64,000 bases of DNA from Thermohalobaculum sp. (GTDB lineage: Bacteria; Pseudomonadota; Alphaproteobacteria; Rhodobacterales; Rhodobacteraceae), in assembly GCA_035527255.1 (NCBI GenBank), contig DATLAW010000237.1, positions 7,905 to 71,904 on the forward strand, in the 5' to 3' direction. This document shows positions 39,507 through 49,300 of this stretch, piece after piece; position 1 is the first letter of the stretch, and each line of letters opens with the position of its first letter. The notes under the pieces were generated by a model. That model saw only the letters and a list, made by a program, of their open reading frames with translations, was not told the origin of the DNA and did no database searches. The position numbers and the translations under genes are program-made.

Positions 39507-39905
39507 TCAGATAACCGCGGGGATCACCGCAGATGCTATCATGAGCAGGCCAAGCACGCTGCCGCCCCAGAAAACACTGCGTACGACCGGAATGCCCAGA
39601 ATATAAAAAACCGCAAAGGCGATGCGCGCGGCAACAAACACCATGGCGCCGGTTTGCGTTATTGACGACGAGATCCCCGCCAGAAGTGCGATCAGCACGA
39701 GAGACGCAAAGAGCACAAGACCCTCGATATGATTGGCGACCGTTCGCTTCATGCGCCCTTGCAACGCCGAAATATCGCGCGGTTCGTCGCGCGCGCCCAA
39801 CCCCCAGCCGAAGCCCTTAGTGACCGGAGTAAGGGCGCCCTGAACAGCCAACAGCTCGAACAGGATTGTAGTTGCCCAGAACAGGGCCTAAAGTTCGATG
39901 GTCAT
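39507..39905 (-). pseudogene. MAPEG family gene interrupted by an in-frame TAG at codon 6
   Basis: GGAGG SD then ATG at 39905. The frame reads M T I E L TAG A L F W A T T I L F E L L A V Q G ... and runs into the 114-aa ORF, which the track starts at TTG 39851. Confidence 0.6.
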
Positions 39906-39923
39906 GTTATCCTCCATTTTCGA

Positions 39924-39950
39924 TAGTCACTTTAAAAACAGTAGTTACTA
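39924..39950. promoter_or_regulatory. Imperfect inverted repeat TAGTCACT-N11-AGTTACTA in the MAPEG/HxlR divergent region
   Basis: Read directly, with 7/8 complementary positions. The intergenic region is AT-rich. Confidence 0.25.
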
Positions 39951-39983
39951 GCATTACCAATCTTTTCTGTGTAAACGCGACAT

Positions 39984-40295
39984 ATGAGTGAATCTTTGCC
40001 CGGATGCCCGATTGCCCGAGCCGCCATGATCCTGGGATCACGGTGGACGGCCGAGATCATTCGCGAGCTTCTCGACACGACCCCATGCCGGTTCCAGGAC
40101 TTGCAGAACCGCCTCAGCGGAATCGCCCCGAGCACCCTGTCTAACCGGCTGAAGATGCTCGAGGAAAGTGGTGTTGTTACGCGCGAATTCTACGCCGAAC
40201 ACCCCCCGCGCGCTGCCTATCTTCTGACGCCCAAGGGGCGCAAGATGAGCGCCATTATCGGCGCCATGCGGGCCTGGGGCCTGCAGCACAAATAG
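39984..40295 (+). CDS. HxlR-family winged-helix transcriptional regulator
   Basis: 103 aa. CPIARAAMILGSRWTAEIIREL ... RFQDLQ ... IAPSTLSNRLKMLEESGVV is typical HxlR. Confidence 0.8.
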   Translation: MSESLPGCPIARAAMILGSRWTAEIIRELLDTTPCRFQDLQNRLSGIAPSTLSNRLKMLEESGVVTREFYAEHPPRAAYLLTPKGRKMSAIIGAMRAWGLQHK

Positions 40296-40449
40296 GTGTC
40301 GGCCGCATTGTCTGGCGGTGCTTGCCAAAACCCCGACCCGGTTTGCCGGAATGCGCATGCGCCAGGTACGATTCTGCCAACCGGGCGGTTGCGGCCGTTG
40401 CGTGACATCGCCATGATCCATTCTCGGAATACCCCGACGGAGTTCGCCC

Positions 40450-41859
40450 ATGTCCCTTATCCACCAAACCGCCCGCCAGATCCTCGCCCTCCTCAACGCT
40501 GGCGACCTGACCCATAGCGACCTCCTCGACGCCCTCGAGGCGCGGGTGGCTTTGGTTGACGGCACGGTGAATGCCTTGCCGACGCTCTGCTTCGAGCGGG
40601 CCAGGCTGCATGCAGCGGTGATCGCGGCGAAGCCGGTGGCCGAGCGCGGCGTGCTGGGCGGGTTGCCGGTGCCGATCAAGGATCTTGAGCTGGTCGCCGG
40701 GGTGCGCTCGACCAACGGCTCGCCGATCTATGCCGAGCATGTGCCCGAGGCTTCGGACTACATCGTCGAGCGGATCGAGGAGGCGGGCGGGGTGATCTAC
40801 GCCAAGTCGAACACGCCGGAGTTCGGGGCCGGTGCCAGCACCTTCAACGAAGTGTTCGGGCGGACCCACAATCCGTGGAACCTGAGCCGATCGGTGGCGG
40901 GATCCTCCGGCGGGGCGGCGGCGGCGCTGGCGTCGGGGCAAGCCTGGATCGCGCAAGGGTCGGATATGGGCGGGTCGCTGCGCAGCCCGGCCAGCTTCTG
41001 CGGCGTGGTCGGCCTCAGGCCCGCGCCGGGGCGGGTGCCGAAAGGGCCGGGGGCGGATGCTTTTGGAACGCTTTCAGTCAGCGGGCCGATGGCGCGCAAT
41101 GTCGGCGATGTCGGGCTGCTGCTGGACGCGATGTCTGGGCCGGACCGCCGAGATCCCAAGGCGCAGCCGGCGCCGGATATCAGCTTCCGGCGCCAGGCGG
41201 AAATGCCGAAAGTGCCGCGCCGGGTCGCCTTCTCGCGCGATTTCGGCATCACTCCGGTCGATCCGGAGGTCGCCGCGATCTGTGAGACGGCGGCGCAGCA
41301 CTTCGAGGCAATGGGGGCAATTGTCGAGGAGGCGCATCCGGATTTCACCGGCGCCCATGAGGCATTCCAGACGCTGCGGGCGGTGTCATTTGCCAACAGC
41401 CACGCAGTGAAATATGCCGAGCAGCGCGACAAGCTGAAACCCGATGTGGTCTGGAACATCGAAAAAGGCCTCAAGATCACCGGCGCCGAGATCGCGCGGG
41501 CGAACCGCATTCGCGCCGGGCTGGTCAGCAACCTGACGGCATTCTTCGACACCTATGACGTGCTGCTGGCGCCGGCCACCATTGTATCGCCGTTCCCGGT
41601 CGGCGACCGCACGGTGACGGAATGCAACGGCCAAGTCTTCGAGACCTATATCGACTGGCTGGCCATCGTCTACGCGGTGACCCTGACCTCGGCCCCGGCG
41701 CTGTCGCTGCCCTGCGGGTTCACCCAGACCGGCCTGCCGGTGGGGCTGCAAATGGTCGGGCCGCTGCGCGCCGAGGGGCCGCTGCTGTCCTACGCTGCGG
41801 CGCTGGAGGGCGAGCTTGGTTTGGACCTTGGCCCGATTGATCCGCGCGAGGGGACGTGA
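40450..41859 (+). CDS. Amidase-signature family amidase
   Basis: 469 aa with the GGSSGGAAAALASG signature and a Ser-cisSer-Lys context. Confidence 0.85.
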   Translation: MSLIHQTARQILALLNAGDLTHSDLLDALEARVALVDGTVNALPTLCFERARLHAAVIAAKPVAERGVLGGLPVPIKDLELVAGVRSTNGSPIYAEHVPEASDYIVERIEEAGGVIYAKSNTPEFGAGASTFNEVFGRTHNPWNLSRSVAGSSGGAAAALASGQAWIAQGSDMGGSLRSPASFCGVVGLRPAPGRVPKGPGADAFGTLSVSGPMARNVGDVGLLLDAMSGPDRRDPKAQPAPDISFRRQAEMPKVPRRVAFSRDFGITPVDPEVAAICETAAQHFEAMGAIVEEAHPDFTGAHEAFQTLRAVSFANSHAVKYAEQRDKLKPDVVWNIEKGLKITGAEIARANRIRAGLVSNLTAFFDTYDVLLAPATIVSPFPVGDRTVTECNGQVFETYIDWLAIVYAVTLTSAPALSLPCGFTQTGLPVGLQMVGPLRAEGPLLSYAAALEGELGLDLGPIDPREGT

Positions 41860-41887
41860 CGGGGGCCTTTGCGCGGATTAGTATCGC

Positions 41888-42730
41888 ATGATGACAGGCG
41901 CACGCGATCTCACACCGCAATTGCTGGAGGCACTGGCCTGGCAGGTCGAACTCGGCGCCGACGAGGCGATCGGCGAGGTGCCGATCGACCGTTTTGCCGA
42001 AAGTGCCGCCGCTGCGACCACCGCAACGGTCGCAGCCCCGCGCGGGACCGGCATTGCCTTCAGAGCGACGGTCAACGCGCGGCCTGGACCTGAGGCGGTG
42101 CCTCAGGGCGAAGACGCTTCCCCGCGTGCGCTGGCCGAGGCGGCGACAACGTTGGAGGAACTGGCCGAGGCGATGCGCGGCTATGATGGGTCGCTGCTGA
42201 AGCGGAGCGCCCGCAGCTTTGTTTTCTGCGACGGGTTGCCGGGCGCGCGGGTGATGGTGATCGGCGAGGCGCCGGGTGGTGACGAGGACCGCGTCGGCCG
42301 GCCGTTTGTTGGCCGCGCCGGGCAGTTGCTCGACCGCATGCTGGCGGCAATCGGGCTGTCGCGAACCGCACCCGCCCCCGAGAACGCCGCCTATATCACC
42401 AATATCCTGCCGTGGCGGCCACCGGGAAACCGAGCGCCCTCGGAGGACGAGGCGGTGCTGTTCCTGCCCTTCGTCGAGCGTCATATCGAGTTGGCCAGGC
42501 CCGACTTCATCCTGTCGCTGGGCAACACCCCGACCAAGGCGCTGTTAGATACCACCACCGGCATCAAGCGGATGCGCGGGCAGTGGGTCCGCCATGCCGC
42601 GTCCGGCCTGCCGCTGTTGCCGAGCTTCCACCCGGCCTATCTGCTGCGCACCCCCGCCGACAAGCGGCTGGCGTGGCGCGATTTGCTGAGCCTGCGCGCC
42701 GCGCTAGATGGCGAGACGCTGGAGATCTGA
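41888..42730 (+). CDS. Uracil-DNA glycosylase, family 4 (with N-terminal extension)
   Basis: GEAPGGDEDRVGRPFVGRAGQLL and the HPAYLLR motif. Confidence 0.8.
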   Translation: MMTGARDLTPQLLEALAWQVELGADEAIGEVPIDRFAESAAAATTATVAAPRGTGIAFRATVNARPGPEAVPQGEDASPRALAEAATTLEELAEAMRGYDGSLLKRSARSFVFCDGLPGARVMVIGEAPGGDEDRVGRPFVGRAGQLLDRMLAAIGLSRTAPAPENAAYITNILPWRPPGNRAPSEDEAVLFLPFVERHIELARPDFILSLGNTPTKALLDTTTGIKRMRGQWVRHAASGLPLLPSFHPAYLLRTPADKRLAWRDLLSLRAALDGETLEI

Positions 42731-42733
42731 GTA

Positions 42734-43369
42734 ATGCTGGTCGAATGGACAACCCTGCTGGCCTTCGCCCCTGCCGCCCTGGCGCTGAACCTGACGCCGG
42801 GGGCGGACATGATGTTTTGCCTCGGCCAGGGACTGCGCGGCGGCCCGAGGGCCGGGATGGCGGCCAATCTTGGCATCGCTGCAGGGTCGTTGGTGCATAT
42901 GCTCGCCGCCGGGCTGGGTCTGGCGGCGTTGCTGGCCACGGCGCCGCAGATGTTCCATGCGATCCGCTGGGCCGGGGTCGCCTATCTGGTGTTCCTCGCG
43001 GTGCAGGTGCTGACCAACCCGCTCGGTGCCACGGCAGCGACGTCTGCCCGCCCGGCGTCTGCCCGCCCGACGCGAGCGTTCCGCGATGCCATGGCGGTCA
43101 ATATCCTGAACCCGAAGGTGGCGCTGTTCATCCTCGCCTTTCTGCCGCAATTCGTCGATCCTGCGCGCCCGGTGCTGCCGCAGTTCCTGATCCTCGGCGG
43201 GGTGCTGATGGCGGGCGGCCTGGTGATCAACGGCGCGGTTGGGGTGTTCGCCGGCGGGCTGGGTCAGGCACTGGCGCGCTCGGCCCGGATGGAGCGCGGG
43301 TTGCGGTATGTTTCGGCCGGGATTTTCTTCGCACTGGCCGCCAGGTTGGCGCTGGATGGGCGGCGGTGA
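42734..43369 (+). CDS. LysE family amino-acid exporter
   Basis: 211 aa, 6 TM helices, N-terminal LNLTPGADMM motif. Confidence 0.8.
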   Translation: MLVEWTTLLAFAPAALALNLTPGADMMFCLGQGLRGGPRAGMAANLGIAAGSLVHMLAAGLGLAALLATAPQMFHAIRWAGVAYLVFLAVQVLTNPLGATAATSARPASARPTRAFRDAMAVNILNPKVALFILAFLPQFVDPARPVLPQFLILGGVLMAGGLVINGAVGVFAGGLGQALARSARMERGLRYVSAGIFFALAARLALDGRR

Positions 43370-43389
43370 ATAAGGGTGATGAACGGAGA

Positions 43390-43938
43390 ATGACTTTGAA
43401 CCGCATCAACGAGAACCGCGATTTCATTCCGGTCAATATCGCCATATTGACGGTGTCGGACAGCCGCACGCTGGCTGAAGACCGATCCGGCGACACGCTG
43501 GTCGGGCGGCTGGCCGATGCCGGGCACCATCTGGCCGGGCGGGCTATCGTCATCGATGACCGGAAGCGGATTGCAGCGCAGCTTCGCGTGTGGATCGCCG
43601 ATCAGGGGGTGGATGTGGTGATCTCGACCGGCGGCACTGGCCTGACCGGGCGCGATGTCACGGTCGAGGCCCACCGCGATGTCTACGAGAAGGAAATCGA
43701 GGCTTTTGGCACCGTCTTCACCCATGTCTCGATGGCCAAGATCGGCACCTCGGCGGTGCAAAGCCGGGCCTGCGGCGGGGTCGCCGGGGGGACCTACCTG
43801 TTCGCCCTGCCCGGCTCGCCCGGCGCCTGCAAGGATGGCTGGGACGAGATTCTGAAGCCACAGCTCGATTACCGCCACATGCCCTGCAACTTCGTCGAGA
43901 TCATGCCCCGGCTGGAGGAACACAAGCGACGCAAATAG
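43390..43938 (+). CDS. moaB: Molybdenum cofactor biosynthesis protein B
   Basis: 182 aa from the Met at 43390. ILTVSDSR ... VISTGGTGLTGRDVT ... LPGSPGA are MoaB/MogA-family motifs. The upstream part of the 508-aa track ORF is a shadow ORF. Confidence 0.85.
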   Translation: MTLNRINENRDFIPVNIAILTVSDSRTLAEDRSGDTLVGRLADAGHHLAGRAIVIDDRKRIAAQLRVWIADQGVDVVISTGGTGLTGRDVTVEAHRDVYEKEIEAFGTVFTHVSMAKIGTSAVQSRACGGVAGGTYLFALPGSPGACKDGWDEILKPQLDYRHMPCNFVEIMPRLEEHKRRK

Positions 43939-43985
43939 GGCAAGCATGAACACTCGGTTTACCTTGGCGTGCAATTCTCGGCGCG

Positions 43986-44399
43986 ATGAACCCGGAACCC
44001 CTGATGTTTGAATGGCGCACCCCCGAGCCGGAACGGCCGATACTCGATACCGGGTATCTGGCGCGCCTTGGCGGCCATCTGGGCAGGGCCGTCCTGGCCG
44101 AGTTGATGGCCGACGGGCTGATCGAATTGACCGACCGGACGGCCCGAATGGCCGAGATGGAAGCGGCGGGCGATCTGGACGCGATTGCCCGGCTCGGGCA
44201 CGACCTTGTCGGTATGGCCGGGCATCTGGGCCTGACCCGGTTGTCGGCGGCAGCGGCGGAGATGAACCGAGCGGCGCGCGATGGCGCGGTCGGTAAGGTC
44301 GCGCCCCGGGTGGCCGAGGTCCGGCGTCTGGGTACGGCCAGCGTCGAGGCGATGCGGCTGCATCTTGACGGGATGACCGGGCGTATACCGGGCGGATAG
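43986..44399 (+). CDS. Stand-alone Hpt (histidine phosphotransfer) domain protein
   Basis: 137 aa. HDLVGMAGHLGLTRL fits the Hpt HxxKG-type helix motif. Confidence 0.55.
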   Translation: MNPEPLMFEWRTPEPERPILDTGYLARLGGHLGRAVLAELMADGLIELTDRTARMAEMEAAGDLDAIARLGHDLVGMAGHLGLTRLSAAAAEMNRAARDGAVGKVAPRVAEVRRLGTASVEAMRLHLDGMTGRIPGG

Positions 44400-44630
44400 A
44401 CCGCATCCACGAATTTTCAGCCGGTGTCTCACGGGGGCCTTGGCCGGGGGTGCGTCGCTGGGTTAGGCTAGTGGTTCGACCGAGACGGAAGAGTCCGGCG
44501 TCAGCCGGGCCTTTCGTTGAGATAAGTTAAGCCATCACAAGGGGATGGCTAGTGGGTCTGGCCGATATTCCGGGATCGGAATGTCGGATTTGATCCATTA
44601 GCGTAGATACAGGCATCTGGAGCAAACAGA

Positions 44631-46040
44631 ATGAGCAAAGAGACCGGAGAATCCGGATCGACAGAGACCAAAGAAAAGCAAATTCCGATCTATCTGTTGG
44701 CATCCGACCGGCTGGACGAATTGGTGGCGGAACTTTCGGCCAGCCAGGCCGCCTGGGTCCACGCCAACGGTTTTCGCGCGCTGCTGGGCACGACACTGGC
44801 GTTGCCGGGCGAGGACGGGTCCGTCGCCCGGGTGCTGGTCGGCTGGGGAACAGATCAGCAGCGCCTGCGTGAGCGGCTGCATCTGGGCAGCTTCGCCCGC
44901 ACCGCCCCGGCCGGGAACTACCGGCTCGAGGGCGATCTGGACCCGCATGAGGCCGAACAGACGGCGCTGGGATGGATGCTGGGGCGATACCGCTTCGACC
45001 GCTACAAAACCGACGGCTACGACGCGGAAGCCGATCTGGAGACACCGAAAGGCGTCGACAGCAACCGGCTGGGGCGGATTGTCGAAGGCGTCTTCATCAC
45101 CCGCGACCTGATCAACACGCCCGCCAACGAGATGGGGCCGGCAAGCCTGGAACGGGCGGCGCGGCGGCTGGCCGAACGCCACGGAGCCGAGATCGAGGTC
45201 ACCACCGGTGCCGCACTTCTGGAGGCGAACCTGCCGCTGATCCATGCGGTTGGCCGGGCCGGGCCGGAGGAGCCACGCCTGATCGATATCCGGTGGGGGA
45301 GTGCCGATCACCCGGCGGTGACCCTGGTTGGCAAAGGGGTGTGTTTCGACACCGGCGGCCTGAACCTGAAACCGGGTGCCTCGATGGGAATCATGAAAAA
45401 GGATATGGGCGGCGGCGCTACCGTGCTGGGGCTGGCCCATATGATCATGGGGTTGGCGCTTCCGGTCTGTCTTCGGGTGCTGGTCCCGGCGGTGGAGAAC
45501 TCGGTTTCCTCCGACGCAATGCGCCCCGGTGACGTGTTGCGCTCACGCAAGGGTCTGACGGTGGAGGTCAACAACACCGATGCCGAGGGACGGCTGGTGC
45601 TGGCCGATGCGCTGACGTTGGCGAGCGAAGAAAACCCGGCGCTGATCGTCGATATGGCGACCCTGACCGGCGCGGCACGGGTGGCGCTGGGGCCCGACCT
45701 GCCGCCGTTCTACACCGATGACGAGGAATTGGCGGCGCAACTGACAGCGGCCTCCGCCGCCGAGGCTGACCCGATCTGGCGGATGCCGCTGTGGCCCGCC
45801 TATGAGGGCGACATCGAGCCTGACATCGCCAATCTCGATAACGCGCCATCGGGCGGCTTTGCCGGATCGATCACCGCAGCGCTGTTCCTGAAGCGGTTTG
45901 TCGGCGATGCGCCGTGGGTGCATTTCGACATTTACGGCTGGACCCCGAAAGCCAGACCCGGCAGACCGAAGGGCGGCGAATGCCAGGCGGCGCGGGCAGT
46001 GCTTGCGGTGCTGGAGGCCCGTTACGGAGAACCAAGATGA
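44631..46040 (+). CDS. M17 leucyl aminopeptidase family protein
   Basis: VGKGVCFDTGGLNLKP, MKKDMGGGA and NTDAEGRLVLADAL are M17 signature motifs. Confidence 0.85.
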   Translation: MSKETGESGSTETKEKQIPIYLLASDRLDELVAELSASQAAWVHANGFRALLGTTLALPGEDGSVARVLVGWGTDQQRLRERLHLGSFARTAPAGNYRLEGDLDPHEAEQTALGWMLGRYRFDRYKTDGYDAEADLETPKGVDSNRLGRIVEGVFITRDLINTPANEMGPASLERAARRLAERHGAEIEVTTGAALLEANLPLIHAVGRAGPEEPRLIDIRWGSADHPAVTLVGKGVCFDTGGLNLKPGASMGIMKKDMGGGATVLGLAHMIMGLALPVCLRVLVPAVENSVSSDAMRPGDVLRSRKGLTVEVNNTDAEGRLVLADALTLASEENPALIVDMATLTGAARVALGPDLPPFYTDDEELAAQLTAASAAEADPIWRMPLWPAYEGDIEPDIANLDNAPSGGFAGSITAALFLKRFVGDAPWVHFDIYGWTPKARPGRPKGGECQAARAVLAVLEARYGEPR

Positions 46041-46897
46041 AACAGGACCCAAGGCGTTTCGCCGCGCGGCCCGACCTTGCGGCAATGCATTTGAAGGGTG
46101 AGGTTGAGGCCGAACGTTTCGCCGAGGCGACCCAGATGGTTGTTTCGGTGCCGGCGGCACCACTGACCTCGCGGCCCGATGGCGATGCTCCGTTGGAAAG
46201 CCAGATTTTATATGGCGAGCCTTACGCCGCCTATGAGATGGCGGGTGGTTGGGCTTGGGGCCAGTCTGAGCGCGACGGCTATGTCGGCTATGTGCCGCAC
46301 GCCTGCCTGCTGCCGGCAGGGCCAGTGCCGACCCACCGCGTTACACAGCCGACGACGCTTGTGTACGCCACCCCAGCGGTGAAAACCCGACCGATCGGCT
46401 GGTTGAGCTACGGCGCACTAGTGGGGGTCGACGGCGTTGACAATAATTTTGCTGTACTGACCGCTGGCGGCTTTGTCCCGGCGCCGCATCTTTCGCCATG
46501 CGATGCTTTTGCGCCCGACTGGGTGGCCGAAGCCGAGCGGTTTCTGGGCGCGCCCTATCTGTGGGGTGGGCGAACGCAAGCCGGTCTGGATTGCTCGGCG
46601 CTGGTCCAGCTGGCGCTGCAGGCGGCGGGACGGGATTGCCCGCGCGATTCAGATATGCAGGCGGCGGATCTGGGCCGCACCCTGGCGCCAGGCACAGCCC
46701 ATGAGCGCGGCGATCTGGTATTCTGGACGGGCCATGTGGGCATCATGCTCGACCGGACCCGGATGTTGCAATCCAGTGGCAACTACATGACGGTGGTGGT
46801 CGAGACACTGGACACCGCAATTGAGCGTATTTTGGCTGCGGGCGAAGGCCCGGTGATCCGCCATGCCCGTCTCGACGCCACCGCCGCAGAGAGCTAA
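46037..46897 (+). CDS. NlpC/P60 (C40) peptidase with N-terminal SH3b-like domain
   Basis: ATGA overlap with the preceding gene. Catalytic GLDCSALVQ ... GHVGIML. Confidence 0.75.
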   Translation: MKQDPRRFAARPDLAAMHLKGEVEAERFAEATQMVVSVPAAPLTSRPDGDAPLESQILYGEPYAAYEMAGGWAWGQSERDGYVGYVPHACLLPAGPVPTHRVTQPTTLVYATPAVKTRPIGWLSYGALVGVDGVDNNFAVLTAGGFVPAPHLSPCDAFAPDWVAEAERFLGAPYLWGGRTQAGLDCSALVQLALQAAGRDCPRDSDMQAADLGRTLAPGTAHERGDLVFWTGHVGIMLDRTRMLQSSGNYMTVVVETLDTAIERILAAGEGPVIRHARLDATAAES

Positions 46898-46956
46898 GCT
46901 CGCTTACAATCGAGACTAAAAACCTTGGCTAAGGGTTAAAGGCGAAAGGCAGGAAA

Positions 46957-48267
46957 ATGAACAGGGGCGCTATCTGGTGCGCACGAGCGACTTTGGCAAT
47001 ATCGGTCCTACTGACCGGCGGATGCGCCGCCAGCAAGGGCACGGCACAGGAGAAATTGGTCGCGGCTGGCAACGCGACCGCGCCGCAGCTCCCGATACGC
47101 ACCGACGGGGAGAGCGTGCCGCGCGTTGACTTCAGTTCATGGAAAGCTGGGTTCCGCGAGCGGGCGCTGGCCGCCGGGATCACCGGCGCGGTCTTCGACG
47201 CGGCTTTCGTCGGGGTTACCGTCAACGGTCGGGTTCTGGAGCTTGACCAGTTTCAACCGGAATTCGTCCGGCCGATCTGGGAGTATCTCGATAGCGCGGT
47301 CTCGGCGACCCGCATCGCCGATGGGCGCGCCCGCGTATCGGAGCGGCGCAATACACTGAGTGGTATCCAGGATCGCTATGGCGTCGATCTTGGTATTGTT
47401 GCGGCGATCTGGGGCATTGAGAGCGCCTACGGGAACAACTTCGGCTCGATTCCGGTGATCGAGAGCCTGGCGACGCTGGCCTACGAGGGGCGGCGGCGTG
47501 CCTTTGGCGAGGAGCAACTGCTCGCCGCCCTGCGCATCCAGCAGAACGGCGATGTCAGCCCAGCGCGCATGGTCGGATCCTGGGCCGGGGCAATGGGGCA
47601 CACCCAGTTCATTCCGACCAGCTTCGAGGATTACGCGGTGGATTTCACCGGCGACGGCAAGCGCGATGTCTGGGCCGACGACCCAGCGGACGCGCTGGCC
47701 TCGACTGCGAACTATCTGGCGCGGTTTGGCTGGACGCGGAGCGCGCCATCGGTGATCGAGGTCACGCTGCCTGGCGGCTTCGACTATGGGCTGGCCGATG
47801 ACAGTATGCGGAAATCCACTGCCGAGTGGGAAGCATTGGGCGTGAAGCGGGTTGGCGCCGGGCAGCTTGTGCCTTCCGATGCGGTGACCATCCTACTGCC
47901 TGCGGGTGCGAAGGGGCCGGCCTTCGCCGCCTATCCCAACTTCCGGGTGATCAAGCGCTATAACAACGCCACCTCCTATGCCATGGCGGTGGCGCTGCTG
48001 GCCGGACAAATCGACAACGCGGTCGCCTTTGGCGCGCGGCTAACGATGGATTGGCCGCGCGGCGACCGGCCGCTGAGCCGCGATGAGACCGAGGAGCTGC
48101 AGCGCCGGCTGACCGCGCTTGGGTATGAGACTCACGGGATCGATGGCATCGTCGGTCCCAACACCCGCAGAGCGATCCGCAATTTCCAGGCCGACAAGGG
48201 AATGGTCCCGGACGGCTACCTGTCGGCGGCCTTGCTGACGCAAGTGCGCGCGGCGATGGGCGGGTAA
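46957..48267 (+). CDS. Lytic murein transglycosylase (MltB-like) with C-terminal peptidoglycan-binding domain
   Basis: WGIESAYG ... GAMGHTQFIPTSF, plus a PG_binding_1-like tail (LQRRLTALGYETHGIDGIVGPNTRRAIRNFQ). Confidence 0.85.
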   Translation: MNRGAIWCARATLAISVLLTGGCAASKGTAQEKLVAAGNATAPQLPIRTDGESVPRVDFSSWKAGFRERALAAGITGAVFDAAFVGVTVNGRVLELDQFQPEFVRPIWEYLDSAVSATRIADGRARVSERRNTLSGIQDRYGVDLGIVAAIWGIESAYGNNFGSIPVIESLATLAYEGRRRAFGEEQLLAALRIQQNGDVSPARMVGSWAGAMGHTQFIPTSFEDYAVDFTGDGKRDVWADDPADALASTANYLARFGWTRSAPSVIEVTLPGGFDYGLADDSMRKSTAEWEALGVKRVGAGQLVPSDAVTILLPAGAKGPAFAAYPNFRVIKRYNNATSYAMAVALLAGQIDNAVAFGARLTMDWPRGDRPLSRDETEELQRRLTALGYETHGIDGIVGPNTRRAIRNFQADKGMVPDGYLSAALLTQVRAAMGG

Positions 48268-48285
48268 GTCAAGGGGTTCCGTGCC

Positions 48286-49176
48286 TTGGACAGTACCCAT
48301 AACAAGCGCCTGAACGTTTCGGCTGGCATCGCTTCGATCGCGGTTGCGCTGATCCTGGTCGCGGCCAAGGGCTGGGCCTGGGCCGAGACCGGCGCGTTGA
48401 CGGTGGCCGCCAGCCTGATCGACTCGGCTCTCGATCTGGTTGTCTCGATGGCAAATTTTGGCGCTATTCTCTATGCGGCCAAGCCTGCGGACGAAGACCA
48501 CCGCTTCGGCCACCACTCGATCGAGGACATTGCCGCCCTGGCGCAGGCGCTGATGGTGGCAGCGGCCGGGGTGATGTTGGGTTGGCGCGGCATCGAGCGG
48601 CTTTTCGCCCCCGAGCCGCTGGCATCGGAATCGGCGGGAATCGCCGTGATGACACTGTCGATCCTGCTGACCGGGGCGCTGGTCTGGTGGCAACGGCGGG
48701 TGGCGCTGCAAACCGGCTCGAAGGTGGTGGCGGCAGATTCGTTGCACTACCTTACCGACCTACTGCCAGCTGTTGGTGGCATCGTGGCGCTGGCAGCGTC
48801 GGCATTGTTCGGCGTGGTTCAACTGGATTCGGCCATCTCTCTGGTGGCGGCAGTGGTTCTTTTGCGTGGCGCTTGGCAGATTGGCGGCGGAGCATTCGCC
48901 GCCCTGATGGACCGCGCCGCGCCCGACGAAGTTGAGCACAAAATCGCTGCCATCGTGGCAGGGTTTCCGGAGATCGAGGGCTTCCATGACCTGAAGACCC
49001 GCGTCTCGGGCGCCCGGACATTCGTGCAACTCCATATCGAACTCGACGGCGCGCAGACACTGTTCGACGCCCATGCCGTCGGCGCGCGACTGCGCCTGAG
49101 CATCCTGGAGGCGGTGCCGGGATCGGAGGTGCTGGTCCACAAGGATCCGTCCGGGGACGGCGGAACGCAGCGATAG
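48286..49176 (+). CDS. Cation diffusion facilitator family transporter
   Basis: 6 TM helices, HYLTDLL-type metal site and a C-terminal cytoplasmic domain (HDLKTRVSGARTFVQLHIEL). TTG start per the ORF track. Confidence 0.8.
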   Translation: MDSTHNKRLNVSAGIASIAVALILVAAKGWAWAETGALTVAASLIDSALDLVVSMANFGAILYAAKPADEDHRFGHHSIEDIAALAQALMVAAAGVMLGWRGIERLFAPEPLASESAGIAVMTLSILLTGALVWWQRRVALQTGSKVVAADSLHYLTDLLPAVGGIVALAASALFGVVQLDSAISLVAAVVLLRGAWQIGGGAFAALMDRAAPDEVEHKIAAIVAGFPEIEGFHDLKTRVSGARTFVQLHIELDGAQTLFDAHAVGARLRLSILEAVPGSEVLVHKDPSGDGGTQR

Positions 49177-49300
49177 CCAACGCGATGTCGCGTTATGGCG
49201 GGCCAACGTCGCTCGCCCCCCAGCAGGCGTTTGTGCTTGGCCTCAGATTGCGCCTAACTTCTAGGGAACACCACTGACGGGCCATAGACGGGGACACACC

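Noticed and set aside
43041-43070. 15-bp imperfect tandem duplication (CGTCTGCCCGCCCGG / CGTCTGCCCGCCCGA) inside the LysE gene.
   Set aside because: It is an in-frame duplication of a loop segment (SARPA/SARPT), probably neutral slippage. Nothing else is unusual here.
42412-43389. Upstream two-thirds of the 508-aa plus-strand ORF that ends as moaB.
   Set aside because: It overlaps the well-supported UDG and LysE genes in other frames. MoaB similarity starts at the Met at 43390.
44400-44630. Three short hairpins in the 230-bp leader of the M17 aminopeptidase gene (AGCCATC/GATGGCT, CCGAT/ATCGG, AATG..GGAT/ATCC.ATT) as a possible riboswitch or sRNA.
   Set aside because: The stems are short (5-7 bp), I recognise no known riboswitch consensus, and such stems are expected by chance in 230 bp.
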